The notes beneath the pieces were generated by a model, which saw nothing but the letters and a program-made list of their open reading frames with translations, was not told the origin of the DNA and searched no databases. Of a stretch of DNA of 64,000 nucleotides, positions 47,752 through 57,584 are shown one piece after another (position 1 is the first letter of the stretch; each line of letters opens with the position of its first letter). Origin of the DNA: an uncultured Candidatus Bathyarchaeia archaeon (GTDB lineage Archaea; Thermoproteota; Bathyarchaeia; 40CM-2-53-6); assembly GCA_964598845.1 (NCBI GenBank), contig CAZRDM010000006.1, positions 38,049 to 102,048 of the forward strand, written 5' to 3'. Both the position numbers and the translations under genes were made by a program.

Positions 47752-48054
47752 ATGGTCTCAACTCCATACACGAGGGGGCGTAGCCGCGAGTACCAAGTGC
47801 TACGCAAACTGAGGCAAGAAGGATGGCTCTGCAGTCGGAGTGCAGCGTCCCATGGTCCTGTGGACATACTCGCAGGCAAAAACGGACGAATCCTCATGGT
47901 CCAAGTTAAGAGTGGAAAGGGACGAGCAACAAAGAGGGAGAGGGATCTACTCAAGCTTTGGGGAGAAGAATTCCAAGGGCGAGTTGAAATCTGGAGGTTC
48001 AGAAAGGGGAAACCTCTGGAACGAGAAACTGTGTACGATTACGAAGTGCGATGA
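47752..48054 (+). CDS. Holliday-junction resolvase Hjc-like PD-(D/E)xK nuclease
   Basis: GRSREYQVLRKLRQEGW..RSAASHGPVDILAGKNGRILMVQVKSGK matches the Hjc E-x(n)-D-x(n)-E-x-K arrangement; at 100 aa it is shorter than typical Hjc. Confidence 0.6.
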   Translation: MVSTPYTRGRSREYQVLRKLRQEGWLCSRSAASHGPVDILAGKNGRILMVQVKSGKGRATKRERDLLKLWGEEFQGRVEIWRFRKGKPLERETVYDYEVR

Positions 48055-48060
48055 AAAGTC

Positions 48061-48342
48061 TTAGCTTTTGGTTCTCACCTGACCGTTCTTGGCGTGCTGG
48101 GTAGCCTCCTCTACATCTTGAGCTGAAAGACCTCGGCCTAGAATACCATCCTTTCTGAATGCGGCGTTCCCATCCCTGAACACTATAATCGTGGGAACAA
48201 CTTGGATATCGAATGTATCCCATAGCGGGTTCATTAGGTCGCTGACATCAACGTAGGCCCATGGAATTTCCTTCTCTTTGACAGCCGATTCGAAAACCGG
48301 TGTGAATCGTCTACAGAATGGACACCACTCTGCTGTGAACAA
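48061..48342 (-). CDS. thioredoxin
   Basis: WCPFC active site, 93 aa. Confidence 0.8.
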   Translation of the reverse strand: MFTAEWCPFCRRFTPVFESAVKEKEIPWAYVDVSDLMNPLWDTFDIQVVPTIIVFRDGNAAFRKDGILGRGLSAQDVEEATQHAKNGQVRTKS

Positions 48343-48649
48343 CGTGAGTAGCGTTCCCCATCTCCTTAGCTTTCTTCCATCGAAATCGGAAAGGCGAAGA
48401 TCCGTAATCCGTTCCCCAAGAGTTGCGGGCGTTGTTCCGGGTTTTCAACATATCTCTGAATATCAGTGAGGAAAACTAGATCCTCGGTGTTTCTCATGAA
48501 CTCGGACCAAGGATCACCCTTTGCCATGCAATCGTTCCCGATAGCTTTGACTCGGATTCCGTGCATCAGACAGCAAGAGACCTCTTGTTCGCTGGTGGAA
48601 AGATTTGTTATTATCGAATTGAATTCGATATTTCTCGAATTCGGTTCCG

Positions 48650-49240
48650 TTGAGTATCTTGACGGATAAAGATGAGATGAGCTCGGACGACATGCGGGAG
48701 TTGAGAGAAGAGATAGCGAGATTGAGAGATGAGCTACGCCGCCTCGCAGAAACAATCCCCGCTAAGAGGGATGCACCTGCAGAGCCATCTGAAAGACGCG
48801 GATTTGGAGAGGCGATCTCAGAATATGTGAACGATGTCCTGGAAAGCGTACTTTCTGGAATTTCGTCAGAGATAGAGAAGTCAGTTTTCATCGACCCGAC
48901 CGGCGTCTGGTTCGATCGGCACATCGCACGAGTTCAGTCGAGATCGATGACCGCCGCCGAGGCGCAACGGGCTGCTTCTTTCATGGGGGCTATGGCAAGT
49001 GAGCACAGGCTTCGCATTCTCAGTGAACTGCTCTACGGGGGACGATATGCTAGCGAGTTAGAAACCGCTCTGAAAGACCTTTCGCCCAGCACCATATCTA
49101 ACCATCTCAAGATTCTGGAAGAATCCGGGTTAGTGATGCAGGAGGGTGACCGCGGCCGCTATCTAATCACTCTTCCAGGCAGAATCGCACTGAAGATGGC
49201 GACCCGCTTGGCTCGCTTCGTCGAACGAAGAAAATCCTAG
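48650..49240 (+). CDS. ArsR-family-like wHTH regulator with N-terminal coiled coil
   Basis: C-terminal HRLRILSELLYGGRYASELETALKDLSPSTISNHLKILEESGLV. Confidence 0.6.
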   Translation: MSILTDKDEMSSDDMRELREEIARLRDELRRLAETIPAKRDAPAEPSERRGFGEAISEYVNDVLESVLSGISSEIEKSVFIDPTGVWFDRHIARVQSRSMTAAEAQRAASFMGAMASEHRLRILSELLYGGRYASELETALKDLSPSTISNHLKILEESGLVMQEGDRGRYLITLPGRIALKMATRLARFVERRKS

Positions 49241-50100
49241 GCCCCACGAGGATACGAGCCCAATATTTTGAGAAAAGTCGTCGAGGTCCTCAAGGCTTCG
49301 AGAGCCTCAGCACATGCAGTGTCCAGACGATGCCCTTCAAAATCCACGAAGAAATGATACTCCCATGGAGTTCTTCTAGTAGGCCTCGACTCAATCTTGG
49401 TCAAGTTGATCTTTCTAAGGGCGAGTTCGCCCAGCGCTGTGTACAGCGAGCCCGGTACGTGTCTAGTTCCGAATACGATTGAGGTCCTGTCCTTCCCGGT
49501 AGGCGGCAGATCGTCCCAACCTACAATGAAGAATCGCGTGAAATTCTCGGCGACATCCTCGATGTGGGTCCTCAAGATTCTCAGATCATATATTTGGGCC
49601 GCGCGTTCGCTTGCGATCGCACCTGCGTCGCGAATCTTCCTTTCTCTTATCATCTTGGCACTACCAGCTGTGTCGTAGGTCGGCTCCGTCTCAACATGCA
49701 AACCTGCAAGAAATCCTGCGCACTGAGCCAATGCTTGCGGATGTGAATATACCACTCGGATGTCTGCCATGTCAGTCTCCGGGAGCGAGAGTAGGCAGTG
49801 AATTATTCTGAGCTTGACCTCGCCGCATATTCTCAAGGAGGATTCGAGGAGGAGATCATAAGTTTGGGTGACACTGCCCTCAATCGAATTCTCAGCTGGT
49901 ACGACACCAAACTCTGTGGTTCTATCTTCCACCCATGAGAAGACTTGCCGCAGTGTTTTACACGGTTTCGTCTTGGCACTCGTCCCAAAATGAGTGAAGG
50001 CAGCCTCCTCGCTATAGGCACCATGCTCGCCTTGAAAGGCAGTAGCGCGCTCTGCTTCCCTGACCTGTTGAACCTTCCTGTAATTAGCCATTTGACTCAT
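49237..50100 (-). CDS. pheA: prephenate dehydratase
   Basis: PDT domain plus the C-terminal ACT motif ESRPTRRTPWEYHFFVDFEGH. Confidence 0.8.
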   Translation of the reverse strand: MSQMANYRKVQQVREAERATAFQGEHGAYSEEAAFTHFGTSAKTKPCKTLRQVFSWVEDRTTEFGVVPAENSIEGSVTQTYDLLLESSLRICGEVKLRIIHCLLSLPETDMADIRVVYSHPQALAQCAGFLAGLHVETEPTYDTAGSAKMIRERKIRDAGAIASERAAQIYDLRILRTHIEDVAENFTRFFIVGWDDLPPTGKDRTSIVFGTRHVPGSLYTALGELALRKINLTKIESRPTRRTPWEYHFFVDFEGHRLDTACAEALEALRTSTTFLKILGSYPRGA

Positions 50101-50201
50101 GGCTTCATCATCGGTTTTTCGCCAACTGAAAGCTCATGCGAGCTATGATATCAAGGCATTTTAGTTCGGAGTACGATTCCACTCGATGGGGTAATGGAAC
50201 G

Positions 50202-51104
50202 ATGTCCGTTGATTTCAGGTTGCATGGCATAATAACAGCACTTTCCACTCCATTCTCAACTACGGGCGTTGTTGAAGAAGATTCACTACGTGAGCTGGTT
50301 GAATTTCAGATTGAGAGAAAGGTGAATGGTTTCTTCTCGCTTGGAACTACGGGCCTTGGCCCGATCATGAAAGCTGAACAGAGGAAGCAGGTAGCAGAAA
50401 TAGTTGTTGAGGAAGCGAGGGGACGACTGCCTGTGATAGTTCAGATAGGGGCATCCGACCCTCTTCAGTCCCTCGAACTAGCCGCGCATGCCGAGAAGAT
50501 CGGGGCCGATGCCGTGGCAAGCCTGACGCCGTTCTACTACCAGCCTGGAGAAGATGCGATTCTTCAGTATTACAGCAGATTATCTGAAACGACCAAGCTG
50601 CCAATTCTTGTGTACAATATCCCTCGTCACACGGGAAACAATGTCGATGCGAAATTGCTTCTCAACCTTAGCAAGATATCTAATGTTGTCGGGATAAAGG
50701 ATAGTAGCAGGGACTTTTCACAGCTACTCGATTACCTTGAGATCGCCCCCCCGGCTTTCAATGTGATCAACGGAACCGACTCCTTTCATTTCTCAGCTCT
50801 TTGTGCGGGGGCTCGAGCTGGTGTGTCCGCAGGCGCCAACGCTTTCCCCGAACTGTTTGTTGGCCTTTACGAAGCTTACCGAGAAGGTAATCTCGATAGA
50901 GGCAGACAGCTTCAGTTGAAGATCCATGCAATGCGAACTGTGTTGACTAACCCTCCCATCGCACCGCTCTTGGAGGTGCTGAGGATGCGTGGGTTAAAGA
51001 GCGGACTAGTGAAGCCACCTCTCCGTTCAATGTATCCGAGGGAAACTCAGGAACTACGTGCGTACCTCGGTAGGCTGCTTCCTGAGATCAAGCTGATTCA
51101 GTGA
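50202..51104 (+). CDS. DapA/NAL-family class I aldolase (4-hydroxy-tetrahydrodipicolinate synthase-like)
   Basis: GIITALSTPF..., GTTGLGPIMKAEQRKQV, YNIPRHTG, KDSS. The start is placed at the MSVDF Met inside the longer ORF. Confidence 0.75.
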   Translation: MSVDFRLHGIITALSTPFSTTGVVEEDSLRELVEFQIERKVNGFFSLGTTGLGPIMKAEQRKQVAEIVVEEARGRLPVIVQIGASDPLQSLELAAHAEKIGADAVASLTPFYYQPGEDAILQYYSRLSETTKLPILVYNIPRHTGNNVDAKLLLNLSKISNVVGIKDSSRDFSQLLDYLEIAPPAFNVINGTDSFHFSALCAGARAGVSAGANAFPELFVGLYEAYREGNLDRGRQLQLKIHAMRTVLTNPPIAPLLEVLRMRGLKSGLVKPPLRSMYPRETQELRAYLGRLLPEIKLIQ

Positions 51105-51109
51105 GAGAC

Positions 51110-52213
51110 CTATCGCTGCTCATTTGGCGCTGCAAACGAATCGAGCGTGTGTTCAGCGACTGGTCTCGGCGTCGCATCCTCTATTCCAGAAAGCCTCACT
51201 CCAACGAGCCTTATCTTCTTTGGATAGTTCCTAAACTCGTCTGCGAGAGCATGAACAGTCTCGACAATCGCATCCTTGCTGTTAAGGGGAGAACGGAGGG
51301 TCTTGGCGCGCGTATATGTCTCGAAGCCAGTAAACCTGATCTTCAGGGTGACAGTCCGAAAGATCTTCCGTTCGTCGACCAGTCTCCTATGAACTGTTTC
51401 GACAAGCGTTAGGAGCTGATTATTGACTACTGACCAGTCATCTGTGTCCACTTCAAAAGTCTGTTCTGCTCCGATAGATTTCATCACGTAAGTCTCTTGA
51501 ACTTCGACGCGCTCCTCGGCATTAGCAATGGCCCAAGCCCATATTGCGGATTTCCCAAACCGTCTGTAGAGCTCCTTAGGAGGATACCCTGCGAGGTCAC
51601 CAATTGTCCTAATACCGAATTCATTCAGTCGACGTTCCGTTTTCCTACCGATCCCAGATATCTTGGACACCTGCAACGGCGCTAGAAATTCCTTTACACC
51701 CTCGGGGTCGACATATGTTAGACCATCTGGTTTCTGCAAGTCCGAGGCTATCTTGGCTGCTGACTTGTTTGGTGCTATTCCAATAGAGCAGCCAAGCCCT
51801 TCCAACTGCTTCAAGTCAGACTTGATGCGTCTGGCGAGTTCGATCGGTCCACCATGTTTCACGCAGCTTTCTGTCACATCCAAAAATGCCTCATCGACGC
51901 TTACCTGTTCGAACTTGTCCGCGAATTCTCTTAGTAATTCCATCACATCGAAGGACACTTCTGCATACAATGCCAGATTCGGTCGGATGTAGATGCCGTC
52001 AGGACAAAGCTTGTATGCCCTCGAAATCGGCTGCCCAGAATGAACGCCTAGCTTTCTAGCTTCGTAGGAGCATGCGACCACCACACCTCGCCCTTTTCCT
52101 CCCCTTGGATCCGCGCCAATTATCAAAGGCTTGGCGCAAAGAGACGGATTTTCTCTTTGCTCAACAGACGCATAGAAGGCGTCCAGGTCCACGTGGAAGA
52201 TGACTCGCGACAA
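51110..52213 (-). CDS. dinB: Y-family DNA polymerase IV (Dpo4/DinB)
   Basis: N-terminus MSRVIFHVDLDAFYASVEQ, SIDEAFLDV catalytic motif, little-finger domain. Confidence 0.85.
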   Translation of the reverse strand: MSRVIFHVDLDAFYASVEQRENPSLCAKPLIIGADPRGGKGRGVVVACSYEARKLGVHSGQPISRAYKLCPDGIYIRPNLALYAEVSFDVMELLREFADKFEQVSVDEAFLDVTESCVKHGGPIELARRIKSDLKQLEGLGCSIGIAPNKSAAKIASDLQKPDGLTYVDPEGVKEFLAPLQVSKISGIGRKTERRLNEFGIRTIGDLAGYPPKELYRRFGKSAIWAWAIANAEERVEVQETYVMKSIGAEQTFEVDTDDWSVVNNQLLTLVETVHRRLVDERKIFRTVTLKIRFTGFETYTRAKTLRSPLNSKDAIVETVHALADEFRNYPKKIRLVGVRLSGIEDATPRPVAEHTLDSFAAPNEQR

Positions 52214-52231
52214 TTCGAGCGCAACGAGTAC

Positions 52232-53047
52232 TTATTGCGGTGCAGAGAAATCGAACAATTTCCTTTGCGGCGCAGGGCCTTCTCTCAGATCAGACCAGTC
52301 AAGTTCGACAAGGCCCATCAATCGTCTGAATTCATTCACTGATCCGGGACCGAAACCGGCAAAATGATTGTTAAAGAAAATGAACCGCTGCCTAACAGTT
52401 TCTCCGACTTCCTGAAGGGTATTATTCCAAGTTCTCATCACTTCAGTTTGATCCCTCTGCAGCTCTCCGAATTCGCTCAGGGACCTATCCCCAACGAGGC
52501 GGAGATAAACTAAATCGGCGGTCACGGTCGGCGGCGTCGTTAGGTACTGGTTGACTGACCAGACTTGGCAGATGTTGTTGTCTCGAAGTAGGCTCTCCAC
52601 TTCCTTGTTGAACCAAGACCTGTGTCGGAACTCAATAGCGTATCGGTATTGATTGCTCAGGGCTACCATGAATTCTGATAGTGCCTTCAAATGTTTGGGA
52701 TGCTTGAATGAGGGAGGCAACTGGACACATATCGGACCGAGCTTCTCCTGCAGCAGGCTAATAGTTTTGAGAAAATGCTCCATGTATGAGCCAACATTCT
52801 CCAGACGCTGATCATGGGTGATTCGTTTTGGCAATTTCGGAGCGAACACGAACCTAGACGGCGTTGAATTGTACCATTGCTCTACCATGCTTAGGGATGG
52901 TGCGCGGTAGAATGAGGAGTCAATCTCCACGCAGTCAAAGACTCGCGAGTAGAGTCTTAGATAGTCTTGCGGACGAGCGTCTTTGGGATAGAATGGGCCC
53001 ACCCAGTCCCCGTATGACCAGCCGCTACAACCGATCCGAATGCTCAA
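52232..53047 (-). CDS. DUF72 family protein
   Basis: N-terminus IRIGCSGWSYGDWVGPFYP. Confidence 0.75.
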   Translation of the reverse strand: MSIRIGCSGWSYGDWVGPFYPKDARPQDYLRLYSRVFDCVEIDSSFYRAPSLSMVEQWYNSTPSRFVFAPKLPKRITHDQRLENVGSYMEHFLKTISLLQEKLGPICVQLPPSFKHPKHLKALSEFMVALSNQYRYAIEFRHRSWFNKEVESLLRDNNICQVWSVNQYLTTPPTVTADLVYLRLVGDRSLSEFGELQRDQTEVMRTWNNTLQEVGETVRQRFIFFNNHFAGFGPGSVNEFRRLMGLVELDWSDLREGPAPQRKLFDFSAPQ

Positions 53048-53110
53048 CCGTACTCCCCGGAAGATGCCTACACATCAGAGGGAAAACGCCGCGTAGGATA
53101 ATCCTTCCTC

Positions 53111-53905
53111 ATGAAAGTTGCACACCGGCAAGCTTTACTTCTTGCAGGGAAGCCCTTGGGACGAACGGCGGTGGCTAGAATGGTGCCCACAGTGGATGCA
53201 GCGAGCCGGCATGGGAAGGGCTCTAAGAGTGAACCGGTCAGACCGTTCCGTAAGACTGTCCAAATAGCGACAGTCGGGGAGGAGTCGGGGGGTGTTCTGG
53301 CGGGCGTCAGAAATGCGCCTGCCAACAAGCTGGTTCTGATATGTTATGAACGCGACAAAGAGGTTGCGAGACGCCTAGGCAAGAGTATGACGGACAGTCT
53401 CAAGACAGAGGTTGAAGTCTACGACAAGATAAGGCCTGAACAATGCTACAAGGACATCATGCAGATCTTCACGCAGATCGTGGAGAAGAATCGCGAGCAC
53501 TACGATGATTTTCTCCTCAACGTGAGCAGCGGCGACAAAATGATATGCATTGCTGCAGCCGTCACTTCGTTCATACTTGGCTTCAAGGCGTTTTTCTGCA
53601 AGGGCGACGAATGCGTCATGCTTCCTCCGATGAAACTCAGCTATACAGAGATGGTTTCGGAGGTCAAGATGAGCATTCTGAAAGCACTCGATGGGGTTGG
53701 AGGAGAGGTCGAAAGCTTAGACGAGCTCGGTAAGTTGACGAACTACGGGAAGCCTTTGTTGAGCTACCATATTCACGGGTCGGAGGACGCGCGAGGACTG
53801 ATCGATCTCGGACTCGTAGACGCAGTCCGTCATTCGAGAGGCAAGACAAAGGTCACTCTGACAACACTAGGGAAGATGTTGCTCGTCGAGAAAATAGAGG
53901 CATAA
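53111..53905 (+). CDS. putative CARF/Csa3-like Rossmann + winged-helix regulator
   Basis: VQIATVGEES, LNVSSGDKMICIAAAVTSFILG (resembling the CARF x-TGG-x-K-x-M strand-helix), C-terminal wHTH-like LSYHIHGSEDARGLIDLGLV; the true start is probably internal. Confidence 0.4.
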   Translation: MKVAHRQALLLAGKPLGRTAVARMVPTVDAASRHGKGSKSEPVRPFRKTVQIATVGEESGGVLAGVRNAPANKLVLICYERDKEVARRLGKSMTDSLKTEVEVYDKIRPEQCYKDIMQIFTQIVEKNREHYDDFLLNVSSGDKMICIAAAVTSFILGFKAFFCKGDECVMLPPMKLSYTEMVSEVKMSILKALDGVGGEVESLDELGKLTNYGKPLLSYHIHGSEDARGLIDLGLVDAVRHSRGKTKVTLTTLGKMLLVEKIEA

Positions 53906-53989
53906 CGGCGTTAGGCAACCAATTCGGACCGGCCGAGCAATCAATTCTTATGTTCTCAGTTCACTTTCTTACCTCTCATATACCAAGCG

Positions 53990-54628
53990 ATGCTGGAAGC
54001 AATGGTTCTCACACTTTTCCAAGAAGCCTACAGCCACTGGTGCGTGAAAGTCCGGAAGATACTCAACTACAAAGGTCTCAAGTACGAAATCAAGAATGTC
54101 GGTTACCACGATAAGAGGGAACTGATCAGAGCCACGGGCCAAGATTATGTTCCGGCTATCGTGAACGACGGACAGATCATCACCTATCCCGACATTCCGG
54201 ATTACTTGGAGAAACTCGCATCTAGTCCAACAATCTACCCAAACGGAACACGAGCTCTTTGCAAGGCGTTGGAGAACTGGGCACATTCCCGGCTCGAAGA
54301 GGTTGTATGGAGATACTGTGTGGTCGACTTTCCCAAGACGTTCGCCGATGACTTGGAGCGTTGGGTCTTCGTGGAAATGCAGGAACTCAAGCGAGGCCCG
54401 TTAGAGTTGATGGAGGTCAGGCGACCTGTCCTCAAAGCGGACATGGAGGCGCACCTCCAGATTGTGGAGGACGTGTTGGCGGACCATCGATTCATGCTGG
54501 GCGATAGACTGAGCCTTGCAGACTTCGCGGTCTTCGGCGCCATATCTCCGCTAACCTACTCGAGAAATAAACTACCCGAGAAATTCGCAGACCTACAAGC
54601 CTGGTTCAATTCAATCGACAAGATCTGA
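53990..54628 (+). CDS. glutathione S-transferase-like / thioredoxin-fold protein
   Basis: N-terminal GST-N pattern (VPAIVNDGQIITYPDIPDYL) and a helical GST-C-like C-terminus. Confidence 0.6.
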   Translation: MLEAMVLTLFQEAYSHWCVKVRKILNYKGLKYEIKNVGYHDKRELIRATGQDYVPAIVNDGQIITYPDIPDYLEKLASSPTIYPNGTRALCKALENWAHSRLEEVVWRYCVVDFPKTFADDLERWVFVEMQELKRGPLELMEVRRPVLKADMEAHLQIVEDVLADHRFMLGDRLSLADFAVFGAISPLTYSRNKLPEKFADLQAWFNSIDKI

Positions 54629-54666
54629 GAACTCTCGTAGCAAAGCTTCCCCGAACCTGGGCTCGA

Positions 54667-55230
54667 GTGATGCATAGCGTCGAGCGCTCGCGGATTAGGG
54701 ACTCTCCTTCCGTCTGGATGGCGATAATCTTAGTCCTAGTGTATTTCGTAATGGGTGTGCTAGGAGGAGATCTGCTGTCTCTGAACTATGACTTAGCCTA
54801 CCCGTTTGCACAAGTGAATTCTGCGGTCTGGCAAGGTGCGGTTTGGGGGCTTTTCACATCGATGTTCTTACACGCGAATCCAATGCATCTTGCAGGGAAC
54901 ATACTCTTCCTTCTTATCTTCGGGACATCACTCGAAGAGCAGGTCTCAAGACAGAAATGGCTGGTCACTTACTTCTTGAGCGGTCTAGCTGGTAATATCG
55001 CTTTTCTCTTTCTTGGAGGAAATGCCGTCGGTGTCGGAGCCTCCGGGGCGATCTGGGGTCTGCTTGCCGCGGCAGGTGGAATCAGAGGACTCTTCGGCGC
55101 AATCTTCTACTTGGGCCTGAACATTTTCGCAGGTGGAGGTTTCCTCGCACATGCAGGAGGACTCCTCGGTGGTCTGGCATTGCGCTACCTGTGGCTGGCG
55201 AGACAACCCTGGAATCCTCCCACTCGATAA
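54667..55230 (+). CDS. rhomboid-family intramembrane serine protease
   Basis: 6 TM helices, GASGAIWGLL (GxSG catalytic Ser) and a downstream His in LAHAGGLLGG. Confidence 0.75.
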   Translation: MMHSVERSRIRDSPSVWMAIILVLVYFVMGVLGGDLLSLNYDLAYPFAQVNSAVWQGAVWGLFTSMFLHANPMHLAGNILFLLIFGTSLEEQVSRQKWLVTYFLSGLAGNIAFLFLGGNAVGVGASGAIWGLLAAAGGIRGLFGAIFYLGLNIFAGGGFLAHAGGLLGGLALRYLWLARQPWNPPTR

Positions 55231-55269
55231 CGCTTCCTCATATATACCGCAACGGGGAACTCTGGGTTT

Positions 55270-56160
55270 ATGGGCTATGAGCCTCGGATGCGCGGCCCGC
55301 GATTTCGAAGACCGACAACGAAGAAACTTTCGGCGAAAGAGAAGCGCGAGCAGAGGGAAGAATCGCTTCCTTACTATCAAGAGCCTGAGCAGGTGGATCC
55401 GTCCGAAGTCGTAGCCAAGACCTTGAACGCACTCGAGCATCTCGGCAACCAGCGATTCGGACTGCCGCCGTATTCGGAGCATTATCGACGATGGGTCAAG
55501 GACATGAAAGCATTGCTGGAAGAGTTTGAGACGCAACTCCAAAACGCGGCGGATCAACAGTACCGTGAAACTGTGGACAAATCCCTCGCCTTCGTAAAGG
55601 AGGAATTCGACAGGCGCATGGCTGTTGAGGCCGAGAATTCAGTACAGATCTCAAGCCTACAGAAGCGTTTGGACGTGATAGGAATTGAGCTCTCGAAGCT
55701 GGAGCATGAGTACAAAATCGGTGTGAACGAATTCAAGAAAAGGAATGAGAAGACCGCAGCGAAATTGCGGGGAGAGATTGATACACTCGATAAGAAACGT
55801 CTTCAGATGATCCGCAAGAAGCCCAGTCTCTTTGAAAGGCTCTTCAAAAAACCCGATTTGAAGTTGGAGTCGAATACGAGCGTATTGCGGTCTAAGAAGG
55901 AGAAATTGAGCGAGAGCAGGGAAGGCCTGAAAGCCGAGTTGACGCGCATGAGAGCCGAGTATGAGAAGAAGCGTAGGCAGTTGACTGTGGAACAAGAAGA
56001 ACTGCGTACAAAACTCGCCCGATTCAAAGAAGGCACATCCGACGAAACGTTGGAACGTCGTCGCCAAGTATGTCAAGAACTACGCCGCGCCATAATCGAA
56101 ACCGTTGAGAGGACAACAAAGCATGCTCCTCAAGATGTAGACATAGCAGAGGGTTCTTGA
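55270..56160 (+). CDS. coiled-coil protein
   Basis: 296 aa, K/E/R-rich heptads; overlaps the next gene by 4 nt. Confidence 0.4.
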   Translation: MGYEPRMRGPRFRRPTTKKLSAKEKREQREESLPYYQEPEQVDPSEVVAKTLNALEHLGNQRFGLPPYSEHYRRWVKDMKALLEEFETQLQNAADQQYRETVDKSLAFVKEEFDRRMAVEAENSVQISSLQKRLDVIGIELSKLEHEYKIGVNEFKKRNEKTAAKLRGEIDTLDKKRLQMIRKKPSLFERLFKKPDLKLESNTSVLRSKKEKLSESREGLKAELTRMRAEYEKKRRQLTVEQEELRTKLARFKEGTSDETLERRRQVCQELRRAIIETVERTTKHAPQDVDIAEGS

Positions 56161-57458
56161 GTTGCGACGTAGATGAAGCGCTCGCTATTCCCCTCACATG
56201 TTTGCAAGGGGATCCACAGCCCGGTCCAGTGATCGCAATGAGCGCTAAGGTGATTGAGATTGATGCTCTCTCAGTTTTCTGTGACTCCTTGGCCCAAGAC
56301 CTAATGAAGCCGCATGAGAAGAGGTTTCAAGAACGAATTAGATCGGTGAAGGAAGCCTCCGTCGGACTATCGAACGCAGCCTCCCGACTTGCCGCAGGAG
56401 TGAAGAACGCCTGGGGTACACTGGAAAAGTTGACTTCGGAGTACGGGATGCGCTTGGCCCAAACAATCCAAGAGATTACAACCGAGCTCTCCCGCAAAGA
56501 ATCGAGCCCGAGCTTCGAGGCCGCCGAGAAGTTTCATGATGATGCAGTCGAATTGATGAACAAGATCGTTGTGACGATTCGGAAGTACATTCCGAAACTT
56601 CACAGAGTCCTCAAGCCGGAGATGACGGCGCTCAACAGCTCCCTAGCTAGGCTTGAGGGCTCCATCAAGGCGCTGGGAGCAGCGTTGGATGAATCTCCTG
56701 GATCAAAGCTTGAAGACCTTCGACGAGGGGCTCAGGAAATCGTTCAAAAACACCGCGAACTGGTTGAGCTTAGGGAGAAGGAACGAAAGGAGAACCAATC
56801 TCTCCAGGACATCTCCGAACAAGAGCAGAATCTGCTCTTGGAGAAAGAGAAACTTGCCTCGACAAATGATTTCCTTGAATTGAGGAGCTATGAGGATTCG
56901 CTGAAAGCGAAAGAGGACGAGATTAAGCAGTTCGTTCAACCGCTGACGAAGCCTCTCCTCAAACTGGAACGCCTAGCGTCCACCAAGGAATCTTTGCCCA
57001 TGGACATGGGATTGCTTCGAAGTCTTGTTGAGAAACCTGTGGAGGCCGTGCTAACCGGTCAGTTGTTCGCCATCACCGAGCTCCTTGAGAAATTGGAGGA
57101 ATCGCTCGTGAAGGGTGAGGTGGAATTTGAGGATAGACGACATCGAAAGGCGATGGAGACAATCGGTGCCATCAGAACTGGCTCGATTGACAGGATGAGA
57201 GAGGAATACTTGGCTATACAGGCGAATCTGCAGGAAACTCTCAGACAGCTGAAAGGTAAGGGATTGGTTGACCAGATGGAGAAACTCGATCAGAGACTGG
57301 TGGAAACGCGCTCGAGGAAGGAAGAGACATCGAACCGTCAGAAGGAGCTGCGAAGGAAAGTAGATGATTTGGCAAGAGCAGTTACGAAACGGAAAGTGTC
57401 GGTGGAGCTGCTGATTTCTAAGGTTGCCCGTCAATCTGTTACAGTTCGTGCTGGATGA
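56157..57458 (+). CDS. coiled-coil protein
   Basis: 433 aa, heptad-rich; translationally coupled to the upstream coiled-coil gene. Confidence 0.4.
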   Translation: MSCDVDEALAIPLTCLQGDPQPGPVIAMSAKVIEIDALSVFCDSLAQDLMKPHEKRFQERIRSVKEASVGLSNAASRLAAGVKNAWGTLEKLTSEYGMRLAQTIQEITTELSRKESSPSFEAAEKFHDDAVELMNKIVVTIRKYIPKLHRVLKPEMTALNSSLARLEGSIKALGAALDESPGSKLEDLRRGAQEIVQKHRELVELREKERKENQSLQDISEQEQNLLLEKEKLASTNDFLELRSYEDSLKAKEDEIKQFVQPLTKPLLKLERLASTKESLPMDMGLLRSLVEKPVEAVLTGQLFAITELLEKLEESLVKGEVEFEDRRHRKAMETIGAIRTGSIDRMREEYLAIQANLQETLRQLKGKGLVDQMEKLDQRLVETRSRKEETSNRQKELRRKVDDLARAVTKRKVSVELLISKVARQSVTVRAG

Positions 57459-57584
57459 GAAGAAGAGCTGTGCATATGTAGCCTATTTTCTAGCCATTCT
57501 TGAACCGCTGATCAGCATCAGGATTCCTTGTGCATCGAATCATGAAGCTGTCCCATGAAGGTCCCAGCCTCCTTTCGGAATTGT

